This document shows, one piece after another, positions 24,571 through 39,500 of a stretch of DNA of 64,000 nt. The notes under the pieces are model-generated. The model was not told the origin of the DNA. It ran no database searches and worked only from the letters and a program-made list of their open reading frames with translations. The stretch's first letter is position 1. Each line of letters begins with the position of its first letter. The translations under genes and the position numbers were made by a program. The stretch is taken from contig OZ249437.1 of assembly GCA_965235115.1 (NCBI GenBank), positions 6,944,001-7,008,000 on the forward strand, given 5' to 3'. The stretch is from Laetmonice hystrix (Eukaryota).

Positions 24571-27500
24571 CTTAGTGCAACACGCTATACATAGTCAAAG
24601 TGCATGGGTCCAGCCTTTCCTGGCTCTTGTTCTGGGTACGTCTCTTAGCAATGGTATCGAGGCCTTGAAGAGCTGGTTATGCGTTTAAAATGAAATATCC
24701 TTGGCATGTTCTGTAAAAGGTAAATTTTCAATTGCAAGATATATTTTCCTTAAACAGGACGAGATTAGATTTATTGTTTTGTCATATGAAGTCGTTATGA
24801 TGTGATTAGTTTTGGATGTAATAAAAATCATTATCATCAGTACGATCATATCATACTTAAAATATAATCTTCGAAATGAATCCATTCAAAGAAAAATATT
24901 CCATACAATATTTCACGGTTGTACTTGGAAAAGTGAAACTTATTTATGTATTCNNNNNNNNNNNNNNNNNNNNNNNNNNNNNNNNNNNNNNNNNNNNNNN
25001 NNNNNNNNNNNNNNNNNNNNNNNNNNNNNNNNNNNNNNNNNNNNNNNNNNNNNNNNNNNNNNNNNNNNNNNNNNNNNNNNNNNNNNNNNNNNNNNNNNNN
25101 NNNNNNNNNNNNNNNNNNNNNNNNNNNNNNNNNNNNNATCTCAACTGTTTAGTGCGGCTTATCATTCATTACATGTGCATTATTAATTCCAGATGTTTTT
25201 TTTCAAATTAATTTCCTTGTACATGTATAACCATGTCGGCTTACATTCTATATATGTGTATGTTATTTCGAGAACAGAGCTGGTCATACTAAACTTCACC
25301 AGTTATTAATCTTACTTATTTCTTCTCGGATACAATACTTAGTTTGCCATTGGAATTATGAGTGATATCCTGAGAAGGTCACATCCTCCACCTCCACATA
25401 GTTTGTCCCTATTGAAAATACCACTCACTAATTTGTATTCAGACCATACAGATCTATAACGCATCACTGCTGTCAATCATCTAAACTGTGTATAACAAGC
25501 AGGAAACTCCACGGAACCTCAACAGTGCTGTCTATACACGGAATATCTTGTGATACAGACCTCGTACAATATGCATAGCCGTCATGTCTAGCTGCATGTG
25601 CGTTTGTATAGGCATCCTGGCGCGTGACCCCCAAGTTATTTTAGAACGTGTGTTACCTCAAAGTCTAAGTCGTTACCCATCAAGAGCCTCCTGTTTCAAA
25701 CGGGAATCCTGAAAGGGCCCAAGGGCTGGTTCAGCTTTGGGCTCTCCATTTCGCTGGAACAGCAGCTAATATATTCCCAGTATGGGAGAGGAGCACTGAG
25801 GTAGCATGGATGCGTTCCATTCTAACACGTCTTTAACACGATAAGAGATAGCGTAAGGTGCAGATGGTCCTTGATGGCTGGGTGCTGTGAGCTGTTCGGC
25901 TAGGGGAGGGGGTGGTTGGAGGGGCAAGGTACATCATCAGTTTTCCACGGGTTAGAGCCTCCCTACCAACGTTAGTAAGGAACCACCGCATTTCCTAATC
26001 CATCAGACCATTTTCCGGTCGACGAGCTACGATAAGCTGTACGAGTATTCAGTTCAGTATAATTTATTACAAAGTATGACCTAATTATCTGGGGCTTTTG
26101 TCGCGCAGGATTCAAGGATCAAATCATCAGGGACTTCAAAGAGAGGAAGGGGATCCTGCCTGAGAAAACAGCGGAGGCTTTGTGAATGACGGCATATTAT
26201 CTTTTTGTTTCTTTTTAGGCGTCATCTGAAGGTGTATCGTGTAGCTCTAGGTAATCTGGCGTAGAACTACAAATGTGCCCATGCATTTTGTGTTTTAATA
26301 AATCTCTTTCATCACGGCAAACTTCCACAAACAAATGACACCGAGCGTGTGTCGACTCATTATTGAAGTCAATATTTGGTGAACGTGTCACGGATAGAGT
26401 TTTCTAGGGGCCATTTCCTAATGAAAATTATTCTTACGCAATCTCTTAAAAACACACAAAGAATAACTTTAATGTAAACGATTTTAACAGCATATGTGCA
26501 AAATTTCAAAAGTAAACGCCGCGATAATGAGCCTACATCTGTGTCCATATATTGATTGAAGATATTATCAATTCCAGTAGAGTGAGTTGCACTTCACACA
26601 CTTTCTGATTACTTGAAATGGGACTCTATTGAGTTGTTCAGCGGGACGAACTAATACCAGTTGATACGTTATTTTAGAGTTTCAGGTGTTACGTTGAATC
26701 AGCTGGTATAACCTGGTAACCAACAGAAAGCTGTACACATGGTGTTCCTTCTGTATGTATTCAGTTAATTCATATAAATTTGGGGATAATCCGCTATACC
26801 AGAATGTATACCACGTTTAAGATTTGCCTACACGTTTCAATACAGCGCGTGGGTTCAGGCAACGCTGTAACGCAAGACAGATTACGAGAAAGCAGAATTC
26901 AAATCGAAAACTCGGCGTAGTAGATTGGGGCCACATGTGGCTGTGACCCGAGGAACGTGACGATCATACACGGGCTCTTATCGATCTCCTTGCTGAGATA
27001 TGATCACACATGGCGGATATAGACACGTGCATTTAACCCCGCTGAACTGTTGTCTTTTCGCGAGCGTTCCGCTGTCAGGTTTGAAAAGTGTGCAATTCAC
27101 GTGGCGCCTTGTAACCACGTGAATGCGGGTTTGTGGTCATGGCCGCCTGCTGTCACCCAGCGTGTGGACAGAATGCTTTTGTTCGTTCTAAACGACAGGC
27201 ATGCATGTCAGGCTGAAACATTGCCCAGTGCGCTTGGAGGCAGGGTTACCATATCTATTGAGGGTTCAACGAAAACTCGATATCGGAGTATTATAATTAA
27301 TAATTTTATATTAATTATACTTTATTAATTTAAATTTATATTATATTAAATATAAATAGATTTTTCATAAAACCATACTCCAGGAAGGTTGTTGATATAT
27401 ATTGAAAACGCAAAAATGAATAAAAAATCTCAAATGTGACCTTGCAAAAGCAGTTAATCGATACAATTATTTCAATTAGCTGTATCCCTCAAAATACACT

Positions 27501-30500
27501 GGCAGTAAAATATTTCTGCCTTTATTAGATGGACCCTCGTCAACCGGCAACAGATCAGGGACATTCGAGTCCTTGTTATATCATTTCAGAACCTAATGCA
27601 TTCTGTTGTGGCTTGGAATGCCAGACACCTTGGCGTCAAATCACACCATTTAAAGATTGATTCCATCTATCCCTTGTGCCTTCAAACTGTTGAGCTGTGG
27701 TTGACATTTTCTTCTGTTTGCTTTGCGATTGAAAAGTCACTGAGTCCACTCGTTTATCATACAGACATGTACTGATATAGATAATGGACAATCGTCCCTG
27801 TGTATCAATGGACTATCGTCCCTGTGTATCAATGAACTGTCGTCCCTGCATATCAATGAACTATCGTCCCTGTGTGTCAATGAACTATCGTCCCTGCATA
27901 TCAATGAACTATCGTCCCTGTGTATCAATGAACTATCGTCCCTGCATATCAATGAACTATCGTCCCGTGTATCAATGAACTATCGTCCCGTGTATCAATG
28001 AACTATCGTCCCTGTGTGTCAATGAACTATCGTCCCTGCATATCAATGAACTATCGTCCCGTGTATCAATGAACTATCGTCCCTGCATATCAATGAACTA
28101 TCGTCCCTGTGTATCAATGAACTATCGTCCCTGTGTATCAATGAACTATCGTCCCTGTGTATCAATGAACTATCGTCCCTGTGTATCAATGGACTCTCGT
28201 ACCTGTGTATCAATAGACTATCGTCCCTGTGTATCAATGGACTATCGTACCTGTGTATCAATGAACTGTCGTCCCTGTGTATCAATAGACTATCGTCCCT
28301 GTGTATCAATGAACTATCCTCCCTGTGTATCAATGAACTATCGTCCCTGTGTATCAATAGATTATCGCCCCTGTGTATCAATGAACTATCGTCCCTGTGT
28401 ATCAATGGACTATCGTCCCTGTGTATCAATGGACTATAGTACCTGTGTATCAATGAACTGTCGTCCCTGTGTATCAATGGACTATCGTGTATCAAGTTTG
28501 ATACATGTGAAATGTGATAAATTGGTCCAGACAGACATTTATTTTAACAGTAAGGTGAGTTATGGTCTGAGGAGATATTCGGGGGGAGGGGGTAAGGGAG
28601 GAGGGTGATGAGGAAGGGTGGAGGAGAAGATTGAGCGGGGGTAGTACACTTGGGCAAGGCTATACTGTGGACGTATTCCTACAAAAAGAGGGTTGAGTGT
28701 GCCTTATGATGTTCACTACCGTGGCCTCGGCGTGAGGCCTTACAGATCTATGGGCAAGGCGGGGCGGGATCCTTGTCATTCTGACCTCCGGGGTCACGCT
28801 GCTCTTGGCAAAGTGCACCGTGGAGGATCGGATTTGACCCTGCAGACCCAAAGCTTTGACCCGATTCCTCACAAGTAAAATGGCCAAAGGCCTACAGCGA
28901 GTTGGCCCGCCCACGGGGGTCGATTACATGTCACGGCACGGGTTGGACGTATCGCCATGTTGGTCCTCAGGTATGGGTGCGGGGAGGGGCGTCAAACTCG
29001 CGCGGACTGGGGGGGGGGGTGGTTGGGGGGTGGGGGGGGGGTGGTTGGGGGGTGGGGGGGGGCTGCGAATCCGCCAGATGGGCTGCTGGCACTGGACTGC
29101 ATTAATGACCAGATTCCTACTGGTATATCGCGTCGACGTGTATCTGTGAAATACAAAATGTGTTTCGTAAACCAGGCCTGTAGCCAAAAATATCAGCCTT
29201 GTCAGTTTTCAGCCAAGGGCAAAGGAATCCCTGGCTACGCTCCACTTTCCCCTAGGAGAGCTTTTTAGCCCCCAGCCCAATTAGGCGGCAGCTTCTAATA
29301 TGACCTCCGTCTGTATGTCCGTCCATATACGTACGTCCGGCCGTCCCTCCGTACGTCCGTATACCTCCCCACGTACGTCCTTAGACAGCGAGTGTAGGGG
29401 TCAAATTGCATGAAACGTTACGTTATTACCAGGGATGGTCTGAGGATGATGCGCGTCATATAGTTTTCCCGTATCTTTCAAAATGGCCACAGGGCGGCCA
29501 TCTTGTACATATAAACACATTTCACTCAAAGAAAAACATTTGGATTTCTTTCAAAATTTTAAACAGTTTATTTTCGGTTCAGACGCAATATGGCGACATG
29601 GCGGCCATATTTGTTATTTGACCCCCATAGTAAAATGGTTAGGATAATGCAGTAGTTACTATTATTGACAGCTAGGAAGTTATATATGATCTTTCACTTG
29701 GCGCCATTTTCCATGACCTTGAGTGACCTTGAAAGAGCAAACAAGGTCACACATATTTCCAATGGTCTGTATCTCCAAAACATTTAGGGGGTTGGGGGGG
29801 GGGGGGGGTTCTGCATGTTTGGTTTGAAGCTTTCAAGCCGAAAAAAGACCTTTCCCTCCGGATCCGCCACTGGACTATATCAAAAATACAAAATACAAAA
29901 TTAATAGTTCCTATACCCACGGATAATAATATTAGTTCATGTCCATGCGGTTGGCAATTGTCACTCCGACTCCGTCTTATTCTCAAAAATATATTGTTTT
30001 AGATATTATTATTCATCCTGGTAACTTTCATTTCCCATTCGGACTTACTTTCTATGTTCTGTGTCTCGTAAAATCCTTGACCCACCGGAGAGTACAAGGC
30101 AGTACTGCATTTATTGGTATACCATGAATCAATGCCGACATTGAGATATCGGCCGTCCTGGCGGCCGTCTCGGGGAAGTCTTACTTCCAGCGTTGATCGC
30201 CCAAGGTCCCGTATACCATTCAATCTAGGTACTTTCCATGCACGTCGCTCGGCCCCAGGTATCCCCACCCCCCTAAACACCGGGGATCATTTAGAAATCT
30301 CCGCCACTCCTCTTACATTCACCGATATGAACGGCTCAACGTCATTCAACAGATATGGTACCCCTTGATATACTCTACTCAACATGCATGCTTAGACTTC
30401 AGTAATGTTGAACAACTTTCCTACGTACAGGCGTATTATACCAAGTACAATGTCCGAAATTCTAGTAGGCTATATAAAGTCACAGTTGAGCCCAGTCCTA

Positions 30501-33500
30501 TCCTTGGCATTTCAGGTGGGCATCCGCGACGTTAAGCAGTATCAAACATCAGTCTGAATGAGTAATGGCCGTACAATAACAATCGGATCTTTTCTTCTGC
30601 AGAACAAAATAGAGTAGAAGAATGATTCTCGGAAACCTTGCCTGCAGAAGTCTAAAAATACCCAAAAGTATACCGTACTAATACAAAATAGAGATATATA
30701 AAATCAACAGTAAAAGTATGCAGTTGAATTTACAATTCCGTATGAACTTGATATATGTTTATGTTCTGAATCAAAAGCAGACACTCAGAATCATTTTTAA
30801 AAAGAACTGTTCTGTCTGAAATCATGCCGATTGAGCACGTGAGCAGATTCCTTTGTGACATCGTCTTCTCCCGCAAGTAAACCTGCTGTATTGTTATTTT
30901 CATCGTAAAAAATATATTGTAGTGGGCACATTCTCCCGCACTGCGAACTGCTTGTGCTCGCGGAAGTAAAAAGTGTAGAAAGGGAAGATAGACTTTCTGC
31001 CTTTACCCCCCTCCCCTTCTTCTTCCAAGAGGCATTTGTTTGAGAACGCACGTAGCTCTTGATGGTATCCCTATATTTAATTTCATTATTTAAGGTGGAA
31101 GGAACTTTCATGCCAGCGCACAACTATACAAACAAGCACGTCACATAAATATTCGTAGCCTTCTGAAATTCCTCCTGCTGGAGGACTCCTTCGGGGAATT
31201 AGCAAAGCAGCATGACTCGGAGTGTACTTTGAGGACTAAGGAAGCTTGTACCGAAAGCAATGACACGCGAGCCATGCCTTAGTGTTTGCAGATCATGAAA
31301 GATTTATCCGCAATGGAACCTAATTCAGATATACGGCCAGGCAATGAGGGTGAACTCCCAAAGTTCGTGAACTAATTTCATACGGAGTGAACGCTAACGT
31401 TGACGTGACGTCGTAACGTCACAATTGGCGGCGAATTATCGTATTTTGTTATCATTCCTTCCAATGTACGCCGGCTTCCTTCAAACAACGTTATTGGTTT
31501 GTTACCGTGATACATGTTGAGGGCCTGTGTCAGGATAACTCAAAGTTACGACAGCCAACATGAAAAGGCTTAATGCCATTAATGTTTCTATGTCGTTGAG
31601 ATTCGTCTTCGTTATGTTATGGCAGCATGTTACGGTGGGCACGATCCAGATGAAAACGACCGTTTGGATACTCGTGACCTAATTTAATACAGATTAAACA
31701 ATGGTTTGAATTAACCTGAACATGGGATCGATTTTAAACGCAGGTGAGGGAAAACAGAAAAACAAAAAGCGCGTTGCTAGTGTCACACTTCGCACAATTT
31801 TGTTTATGGCTCATCGAACGTAAACGAGGGTTGTTCGTCAAACCTTAATGGTTAGGGAGCTTAAAATTTGATGAAGAATGCTAGTTTCTTTTTCTTTTAT
31901 TAATGTAGGAAAGTGACTGCATAGGAAACAGGCAATAATGCCTGTCAGGTAATCAGACCCTTACCTGCACATTGTACAAGTTTTGTTGTTGATGACATGA
32001 CTCAAGATCAAGAAGACAGGGGGCCTAAGACGTCATAAGGATATGATCGTTCTTTTCTTAGGGGTGTAATTTGTAAATGGTTGAAGATCGAACCATAGTT
32101 CCTATTAAACACTGATAGGAAGTCATATATGCTCTTTCATTATACACCATTACTTCTCTGACGTCATCAGGAGATGATCTATATTCAGAGGGCTATAACT
32201 TGTAAATGGTTGAACTTAGGGTCATAATTACTACTGAACACTAATAGGAAGTCATATAATTATATGCTCTTCTGTTTGGCACCATTACTTATTAGGTCAC
32301 GTGACCTATGACGTCATCAGGAGATTATCTATATATTCTCAGGGCTATAACTTGTGAATGGTAGCCTTTAACCTTTAACATAGATAAATGAAACATTATT
32401 AAATCAGATCTCCCAAATAGTTTCTTGTTCTTCTCCTCCGCAAAAGGTTAGAGGGCCTGGGTCTTCAATGATTCTGAAATAAGGAAGGGGCAGTGTCCCC
32501 GCCGCCACCAATATCATAACGCTTTCAGCATGGTACACGTTTTACCAGCTGGTGAAAAATCTGGCTATTTGAACACCTTACCCTGATAGTGATGGTGGCG
32601 GTTGGTGCATGGTTTCAAGTCATGCCGGTAACGGTTGGACATCTCCAGAACACCTTACCCTGATAGTGATGGTGGGTTGGTGGTTTCAAGTCATGCCGGT
32701 AACGGTTGGGTATCTTCAGAACACCTTACCCTGACAGTGATGGTGGGTTGGTGGTTTCAAGTCATGCCGGTAACGGTTGGACATCTCCAGAACACCTTAC
32801 CCTGATAGTGATGGTGGGTTGGTGGTGTCAAGTCATGCCGGTAACGGTTGGGTATCTTCAGAACACCTTACCCTGATAGTGATGGTGGGTTGGTGGTTTC
32901 AAGTCATGCCGGTAACGGTTGGGTATCTTCAGAACACCTTACCCTGATAGTGATGGTGGGTTGGTGGTGTCAAGTCATGCCGGTAACGGTTGGGTATCTT
33001 CAGAACACCTTACCCTGATAGTGATGGTGGGTTGGTGGTTTCAAGTCATGCCGGTAACGGTTGGGTATCTTCAGAACACCTTACCCTGATAGTGATGATG
33101 GGTTGGTGGTTTCAAGTCATGCCGGTAACGGTTGGGTATCTTCAGAACACCTTACCCTGATAGTGATGATGGGTTGGTGGTTTCAAGTCATGCCGGTAAC
33201 GGTTGGGTATCTCCAGAACACCTTACCCTGATAGTGATGGTGGGTTGGTGGTTTCAAGTCATGCCGGTAACGGTTGGGTATCTCCAGAACACCTTACCCT
33301 GATAGTGATGGTGGGTTGGTGGTTTCAAGTCATGCCGGTAACGGTTCGACATCTTCAGGATGCGAACAAATCCCCTGTTTTTGTCATTTTTCTGTCTGTT
33401 GACGCTGAGACGATATACACGAGAAAAAAATCGGCACACTAGGAGCAATGAACACTTGTGTAGACATCCGTTTCTAGTTTAACAATTTGTAAGTAAAACA

Positions 33501-36500
33501 CGCTGCATACCGGTCTCCACCGCCATGCACGTCCGGTTTCATTTAGCAAAAGTCGTTAGATACATTTTTTTAACTCATGCAAAGCTGTTGCGGCGTCATT
33601 TTATGGCATACTGCCTATGGTTAAAGATACCAGTTACACGTAAGCTGAACCTAATCTTGCGCAATGTATGAATATTTTCTAGAATGAATTATTTACGGTG
33701 TGCGTCGAAAGATGCGATGTCTAATTTTCCGCTCATTATCTCCCAAGCCTCACAACATTTCCATCGTCTCTCTCTGATTGAATATTCGCAGTCCCAGTGG
33801 GAAGTAGTGTAAAACCTAATGTGGTGATCAGTGTTCTTTCTTTGTTACCCATGTGTCGAATTCCTTCTTTAAGTAACTTATGGGATAAAGATATCTGACA
33901 CATATCCTTATAATTAAAAAAAACAGGATAATCAGGTTGGAACTATTTGAAGAGATCTGCTTATGTCATGTACTGCCTAATATACTCTCTGACATGCCCC
34001 GGGGGTCCACCAGACGCCATTTTTGTTCATTTCCCATGGCTGCCAGCATTCCGTGGGTTTAAATCAAACCATTCACAGACACCGTAACTCACTAGAGGCT
34101 TTCCGTTTGAGTGGTATGATAATTTTCAGAGAATCAGTATTAAGACCTACATATTACATTCTTGTTTCCACAATCAACTTTTGATGCGTCACGTCAGTTC
34201 AGACACGCACATCTGAGGCTTGACTCTTAAACCATCTTTCTTCTTTGGAAGTCCCACGAGTATATAGGAGCCATTAGTAGACACTGGCCATGAAAGAATG
34301 GAAGTCCTAGGTGGGGATTATAAAACTGGTTTTTAAAATATCAAACTTCTTGAACATGTCAGTTCTCACATCGCTAAACCGCTATACTGGCATGCGCTGT
34401 TCTCAGCTCGCTATTAGCAAAGTTAGCAGTTAATTGGCTTCCCGATTCGATAAGTGGCTTCATTGTAGTTTCACTTACATCGTAATTGGGACTCATCGGA
34501 GGCTCTGTCGCGGTTCACCAAACGTCGATGCCATGATGAATTTGGGAACTGTTGCACTCGATAACTCGAGGAGAGATCATTTATCTCGACGGAAAGCCAA
34601 CTTTAACCTCTGTCAGACACCAAATCGGCATCCTTAAGAACTCCTGATCCCTCAGATGAACCCCTATCTACCTCCAATAGTTGTCATTCCAAGTGCCGAC
34701 ATTAAAAAGGATATCACAGCGAAGCATCGTTGGCCTTCTTGTAAAGCTTTTGATCGCCCTTTTTACATCGAGACCAAGATCTGTCTTGTGGCAAAGGCAA
34801 TGTTTGAAGGATCTTCTGTGCTCTGGCTTGACGGCAAGGAAAATCAGGCAATAATCAATGCGTTCATCTTAATGCTGCAGACTCCAACTCTTTGCTGCCA
34901 CCACAGGTTCTCTCTGCCACCACAGGCTCTCTCTGCCACCACAGGCTCTCTCTGCCACCACAGGCTCTCCCTGCCACCACAAGCTCTCTCTGCCACCACA
35001 GGTTCTCTCTGCCACCACAGGCTCTCTCTGTCACCACAGGTTCTCTCTGCCACCACAGGCTCTCTCTGCCACCACAGGCTCTCTCTGCCACCACAGGCTC
35101 TCTCTGCCACCACAGGCTCTCTCTGCCACCACAGGTTCTCCCTGCCACCACAGGTTCTCTCTGCCACCACAGGTTCTCTCTGCCACCACAGGTTCTCTCT
35201 GTCACCACAGGTTCTCTCTGCCACCACAGGTTCTCTCTGCCACCACAGGCTCTATCTGCCACCACAGGCTCTCTCTGCCACCACAGGCTCTCTCTGTCAC
35301 CACAGGCTCTCCCTGCCACCACAGGTTCTCTCTGCCACCACAGGTTCTCTCTGCCACCACAGGCTCTCTCTGCCACCACAGGCTCTCCCTGCCACCACAG
35401 GTTCTCTCTGCCACCACAGGTTCTCTCTGCCACCACAGGTTCTCTCTGCCACCACAGGCTCTCTCTGCCACCACAGGCTCTCTCTGCCACCACAGGCTCT
35501 CTCTGCCACCACAGGCTCTCCCTGCCACCACAGGCTCTCTCTGCCACCACAGGCTCTCTCTGCCACAACAGGCTCTCTCTGCCACCACAGGCTCTCTCTG
35601 CCACCACAGGCTCTCTCTGTCACCATGCATGGACCTTGAAACACACTCTACAGCACAATGGTTCGTGTTAATCTCATTAAACGATGCGAACCAGGGTATG
35701 TGCCATCTTAATTTGGTTTCTTTCTGGAATTGCCATCTGAATGGAGTTTCCAAATTATTGGGCATTGTCCCAATTGGAGTAACAAGAAATCATCACCTAC
35801 AAATCAAAGAATAAAAAAATCTAAATGATCATTATTGTGTTCATTACCCTGACTATCATGTTCACCACCATCTCCTTGTTGTTTGACCGCACTGGTTGGA
35901 ATCCTCCCCTGCCCAGTGGCGCTGGCTGAGTTATCAAAGGTCGGGTGTCTAAAGCTCTGCCTATGCAGTGTTCCACGTACAAGAACTTGCCATTTATCGA
36001 CAAGAGGGTCTTCTCCTGTAGCATCTTATCATCACTGGTTCGCTGGTTCTACTCTGTATCGTTTTGGTTGTTTGCTTGTTGTTTTCTCCATGTTATTGAC
36101 ACTTAGTTTATGAAGTTCTTAAATCTTTGTTCAGGTTTTCTTTCCCGTGTATAGGTAGCACCTACTTCCGGCCGCGGGAGGGGGAGGGCGTTCTTAACAT
36201 TGAGCATCCACGAACGGGTCCCTTCAGTTATAACAGTATGATTATAAATGTTAGAAATATACTTGACTATTATGACTGTGACTCTTCAATGTTGGTTTCG
36301 GAACTAAGTGGTCGAGTGTCTAATTACAGAATTATCTACGTGACACAGAATGACTTAAATCCGATTCGTACCAGTTTTCTCGCTGACCTTCCCCAGTGCT
36401 CCACAACTGCGTTATCAAAGGCTTTGCTATATCTGGCCGTTTCTGTGTCACTGCGTGTATAAAGGAACCATTGCCATTTTTCGAAAAGAGCAGGGGATTG

Positions 36501-39500
36501 CCTCCCGGTGGCAGATTTCTTTCTCGCGTCATCCTAATATTCACCCCCAGGACTCTGGGATACAATAGCTCCCTTGACTGAATTAAACCCAAATCAAAAT
36601 CAAATTCACTCACTCACTCCCCCACTCACTCATTACGAAGGTGGCGTTGGTCCAGTTAGAATGGACGTTCACACCTCATGCTATGGGGGCAGTAATTCTG
36701 GGGCGAGGATTCGATTCCAATAGGGTGCTATCCAATGTTCTTGTTCCTGACATGCTGAAAGCGAACGGAGTTTCACCTGATGCTCGGGCACTGTGCCACA
36801 ATGGAGATAGACTCCTAGCTATCCTAAAAAATCCCTCTCTCAACATGAAGAGTAGGACAGCAGTGCCTTTCGTCAAAAGCTATGTAAGCATAGAGACCGT
36901 GTGCGAGATGAGAAGACACATACATACATGCTTGTACAGACAATGTACTTTTTGTACGGGATCAGTATATAGCTGTCTGTGTGAGACCTCGGTGTGATAC
37001 AACGTCCTCGAAATAACGTTCTCGCGTGTGCCCCCGCGGCCTGCTCCCTATCGTTGGATAAAGTATCCATAGACTTGCCTTCAGTCAAAGACACGCTAGG
37101 CCGATTGTCTTTCCAAGTCGCATGAGAGGCACGGGCGTAATTGCACGGCATCTAGTTTGAGCCGCTGTATCCACCTCAGGATCGAGATCTCAGCACAGTT
37201 TGAGACCACACTGAATGTGGACTAGGCAGGGCCCCGCCCTAGGTCGACGTCATGGCGCGTGGTTCACGAAGCTAATAACTTATATGAGCTCAAAGAATGC
37301 GTATTGTTGTGGTCATTAGCCAAGGATCAAGACATGTTCATTTTAACATGATTGACAGGAGTGGACTGGTGCAGATTAGTGTGGTCCCAACCTGAGCTGT
37401 ATGATATAACAGGCAAGATCCCTACACAAGTGAGCCTGCATATAGTTTGATCCTTCATTGTCCAGCAAAGGGAGCATTGTCTTATAACTGGATGCCTAGC
37501 ACTGCGCATGGCTACGATCTGCGGGGGTTTCAGTGGTGACCTTTTATCTGCAAACAATGCCAGAGGACACAGGCATCTATGCAAACACAGCCACTTTCAC
37601 GGAATGATATGTAAATACAGTCTTGTCATCGCTTACTGTTCTGTGTCACCGATCCATCCTATGTGTTCTTAGTGTAACTACAGTGTCTCACAAACTGCGG
37701 CATGTTTTGGCTAACATGTCACACAGAAGAGCGGACTGCAGAGTGTAATTTCCACACTTCATGTGGAACAAATATATACAAATCCACTTAACATTGATTT
37801 CTCTGTGGGCGAGCAATAAGGAGAAAAGAGATCCATTTGACTTGTCATTACTTACCTGCACCCTCTTCCTGCGCTAATTAAGCCAGCCCAAGGAATGCGA
37901 CGCCTCAAGGCAATGAAACGAAAGAGGGGCCAAGTTGTTAATAAAAAGGCTATGATGACCGTGGCACGGGCACTTTGCATCAACGATGACGTTCTGCTGT
38001 TGTGGGGGGAGGGGGCGGTAACAGTTTCAATCAAGGAGGTGGCTCGGGCACCAAGCCGAGAGTGCGCACCCTTTGAAGCAAGCGGGAATAAAGAATCACA
38101 GTCGTTTCTCTGGCTCGACATTCACAGCGAGCAGGTGTAGTCTCATCAAAGACAATATTATGTACCTACCTCCACGGTGCCATTCTCGCCGCCACACGAA
38201 TGACAGAGAAAGCGACAAGACCATGTTGGCAAACTGGCAGCGAGAGCAAAGGGAATGCTGATCACTTGCCAGCTTCAAGTTCTTTTATGTCATGCTATGG
38301 ATCCCGGCGAATCATCTCGAAATCATGCGCTTCATTGCCGGTGGTAGTTTCTGCCTCGCTTGTTGACCAATAGACTGATGGTATCCTTGACACAGGAGGA
38401 CCGTGACATGGGTCAACCGTGCTCAGTTATTTCAACAGAAAAGAGTATCGTGACCCGCCTGATTTCAGATGTGATTCTGTCAAATGATTAGACAGTTAAA
38501 CGTTAAAAGTCTTGGATTGGTAAGCGCATTGGACAATGATTTATCAGGTTAGGGAGATGAGATCCGCCCTTGTTGGGTATTTAAAGGATTACCCTCATTG
38601 CGTGGTTGCGTGACGAAGCCTATGTATACTCGGGACCGGTTATTTGCGTTTGCTCTCACAACCTTGAGATATCACTCGTCGCCGCTGTCTGTACTGACCC
38701 CAACCACTCCGAATTGTCTTTTCCGTCATACACCACCTTTCAGAGTGTGAGATCTGATTTGCGAGTTTCATATCGATTGATCAACCTACGCCAGCGAAGG
38801 TTGTTGGTTCTGAGCGTTTGAAGCCACACGGCTCGTAACGCGTTCTTATGCGATTATTCATTATCGCTGACCTAGTCGGTCGATATAACCTGATGCACCG
38901 TCAGGCTTGGGTGGTCAAGCAAAAGAAGTAATTCCCGAATGTCAGATCAAAAGGCGTTGCTGTTACCTCATTTGGAGGCCGGCGACGTCTGCTCCTCAGT
39001 GGCTAGACTGTTTCGACCGGCAGGAGTTGGTGGATTGCCATCGACAAAGTCAAGATCTGACTCGGGACGGTACGTGATCGGCCATGCCGTACGATTCCAA
39101 GATAGGGTTTTGTCGTTTGTTTTATACATTATAACACGCCGCCCATACACGGCGCTCTCTAGGGTATGTGACTCACGTGAATTGCCGTTGATTAACGTTC
39201 TCAGAGCCATGCATCCGACAGGAATGCAGAGTGAGCAATTGCAATCATACCCCTCATATGGATATTATGTACAGGGTGTCGCAAAATAATCATTTCTCAT
39301 TAATACAAAAGGATATTTGATTTTTTTAGACACTCAGTAAATTGGTTATTATACAGCGTTCCTATTTATATACATGTAAACCCTCACACCTAAGCTAAGA
39401 AAAAAGGTTACTGTCATATAGCACACAATTAGTTATTATGCAGTGAAAAAGTAGCTGCATAAAGAAATCAAGGAAAATAAACAGAGCTAATTGTCTCAAC

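Noticed and set aside
34430-34890. Possible transposase or RT fragments (LVSDRG on minus, KAFDR on plus)
   Set aside because: Isolated 5-6 residue coincidences without the flanking Harbinger or LINE motifs.
36640-36720. tRNA gene candidates (A/B boxes here and at 53850-53914)
   Set aside because: No cloverleaf or acceptor stem. They continue into SINE bodies, so they are SINE heads.
37852-38121. Minus-strand ORF ending at a strong donor (CAG|GTAAGT), possible nested gene
   Set aside because: No partner exons or recognisable protein found on the minus strand.
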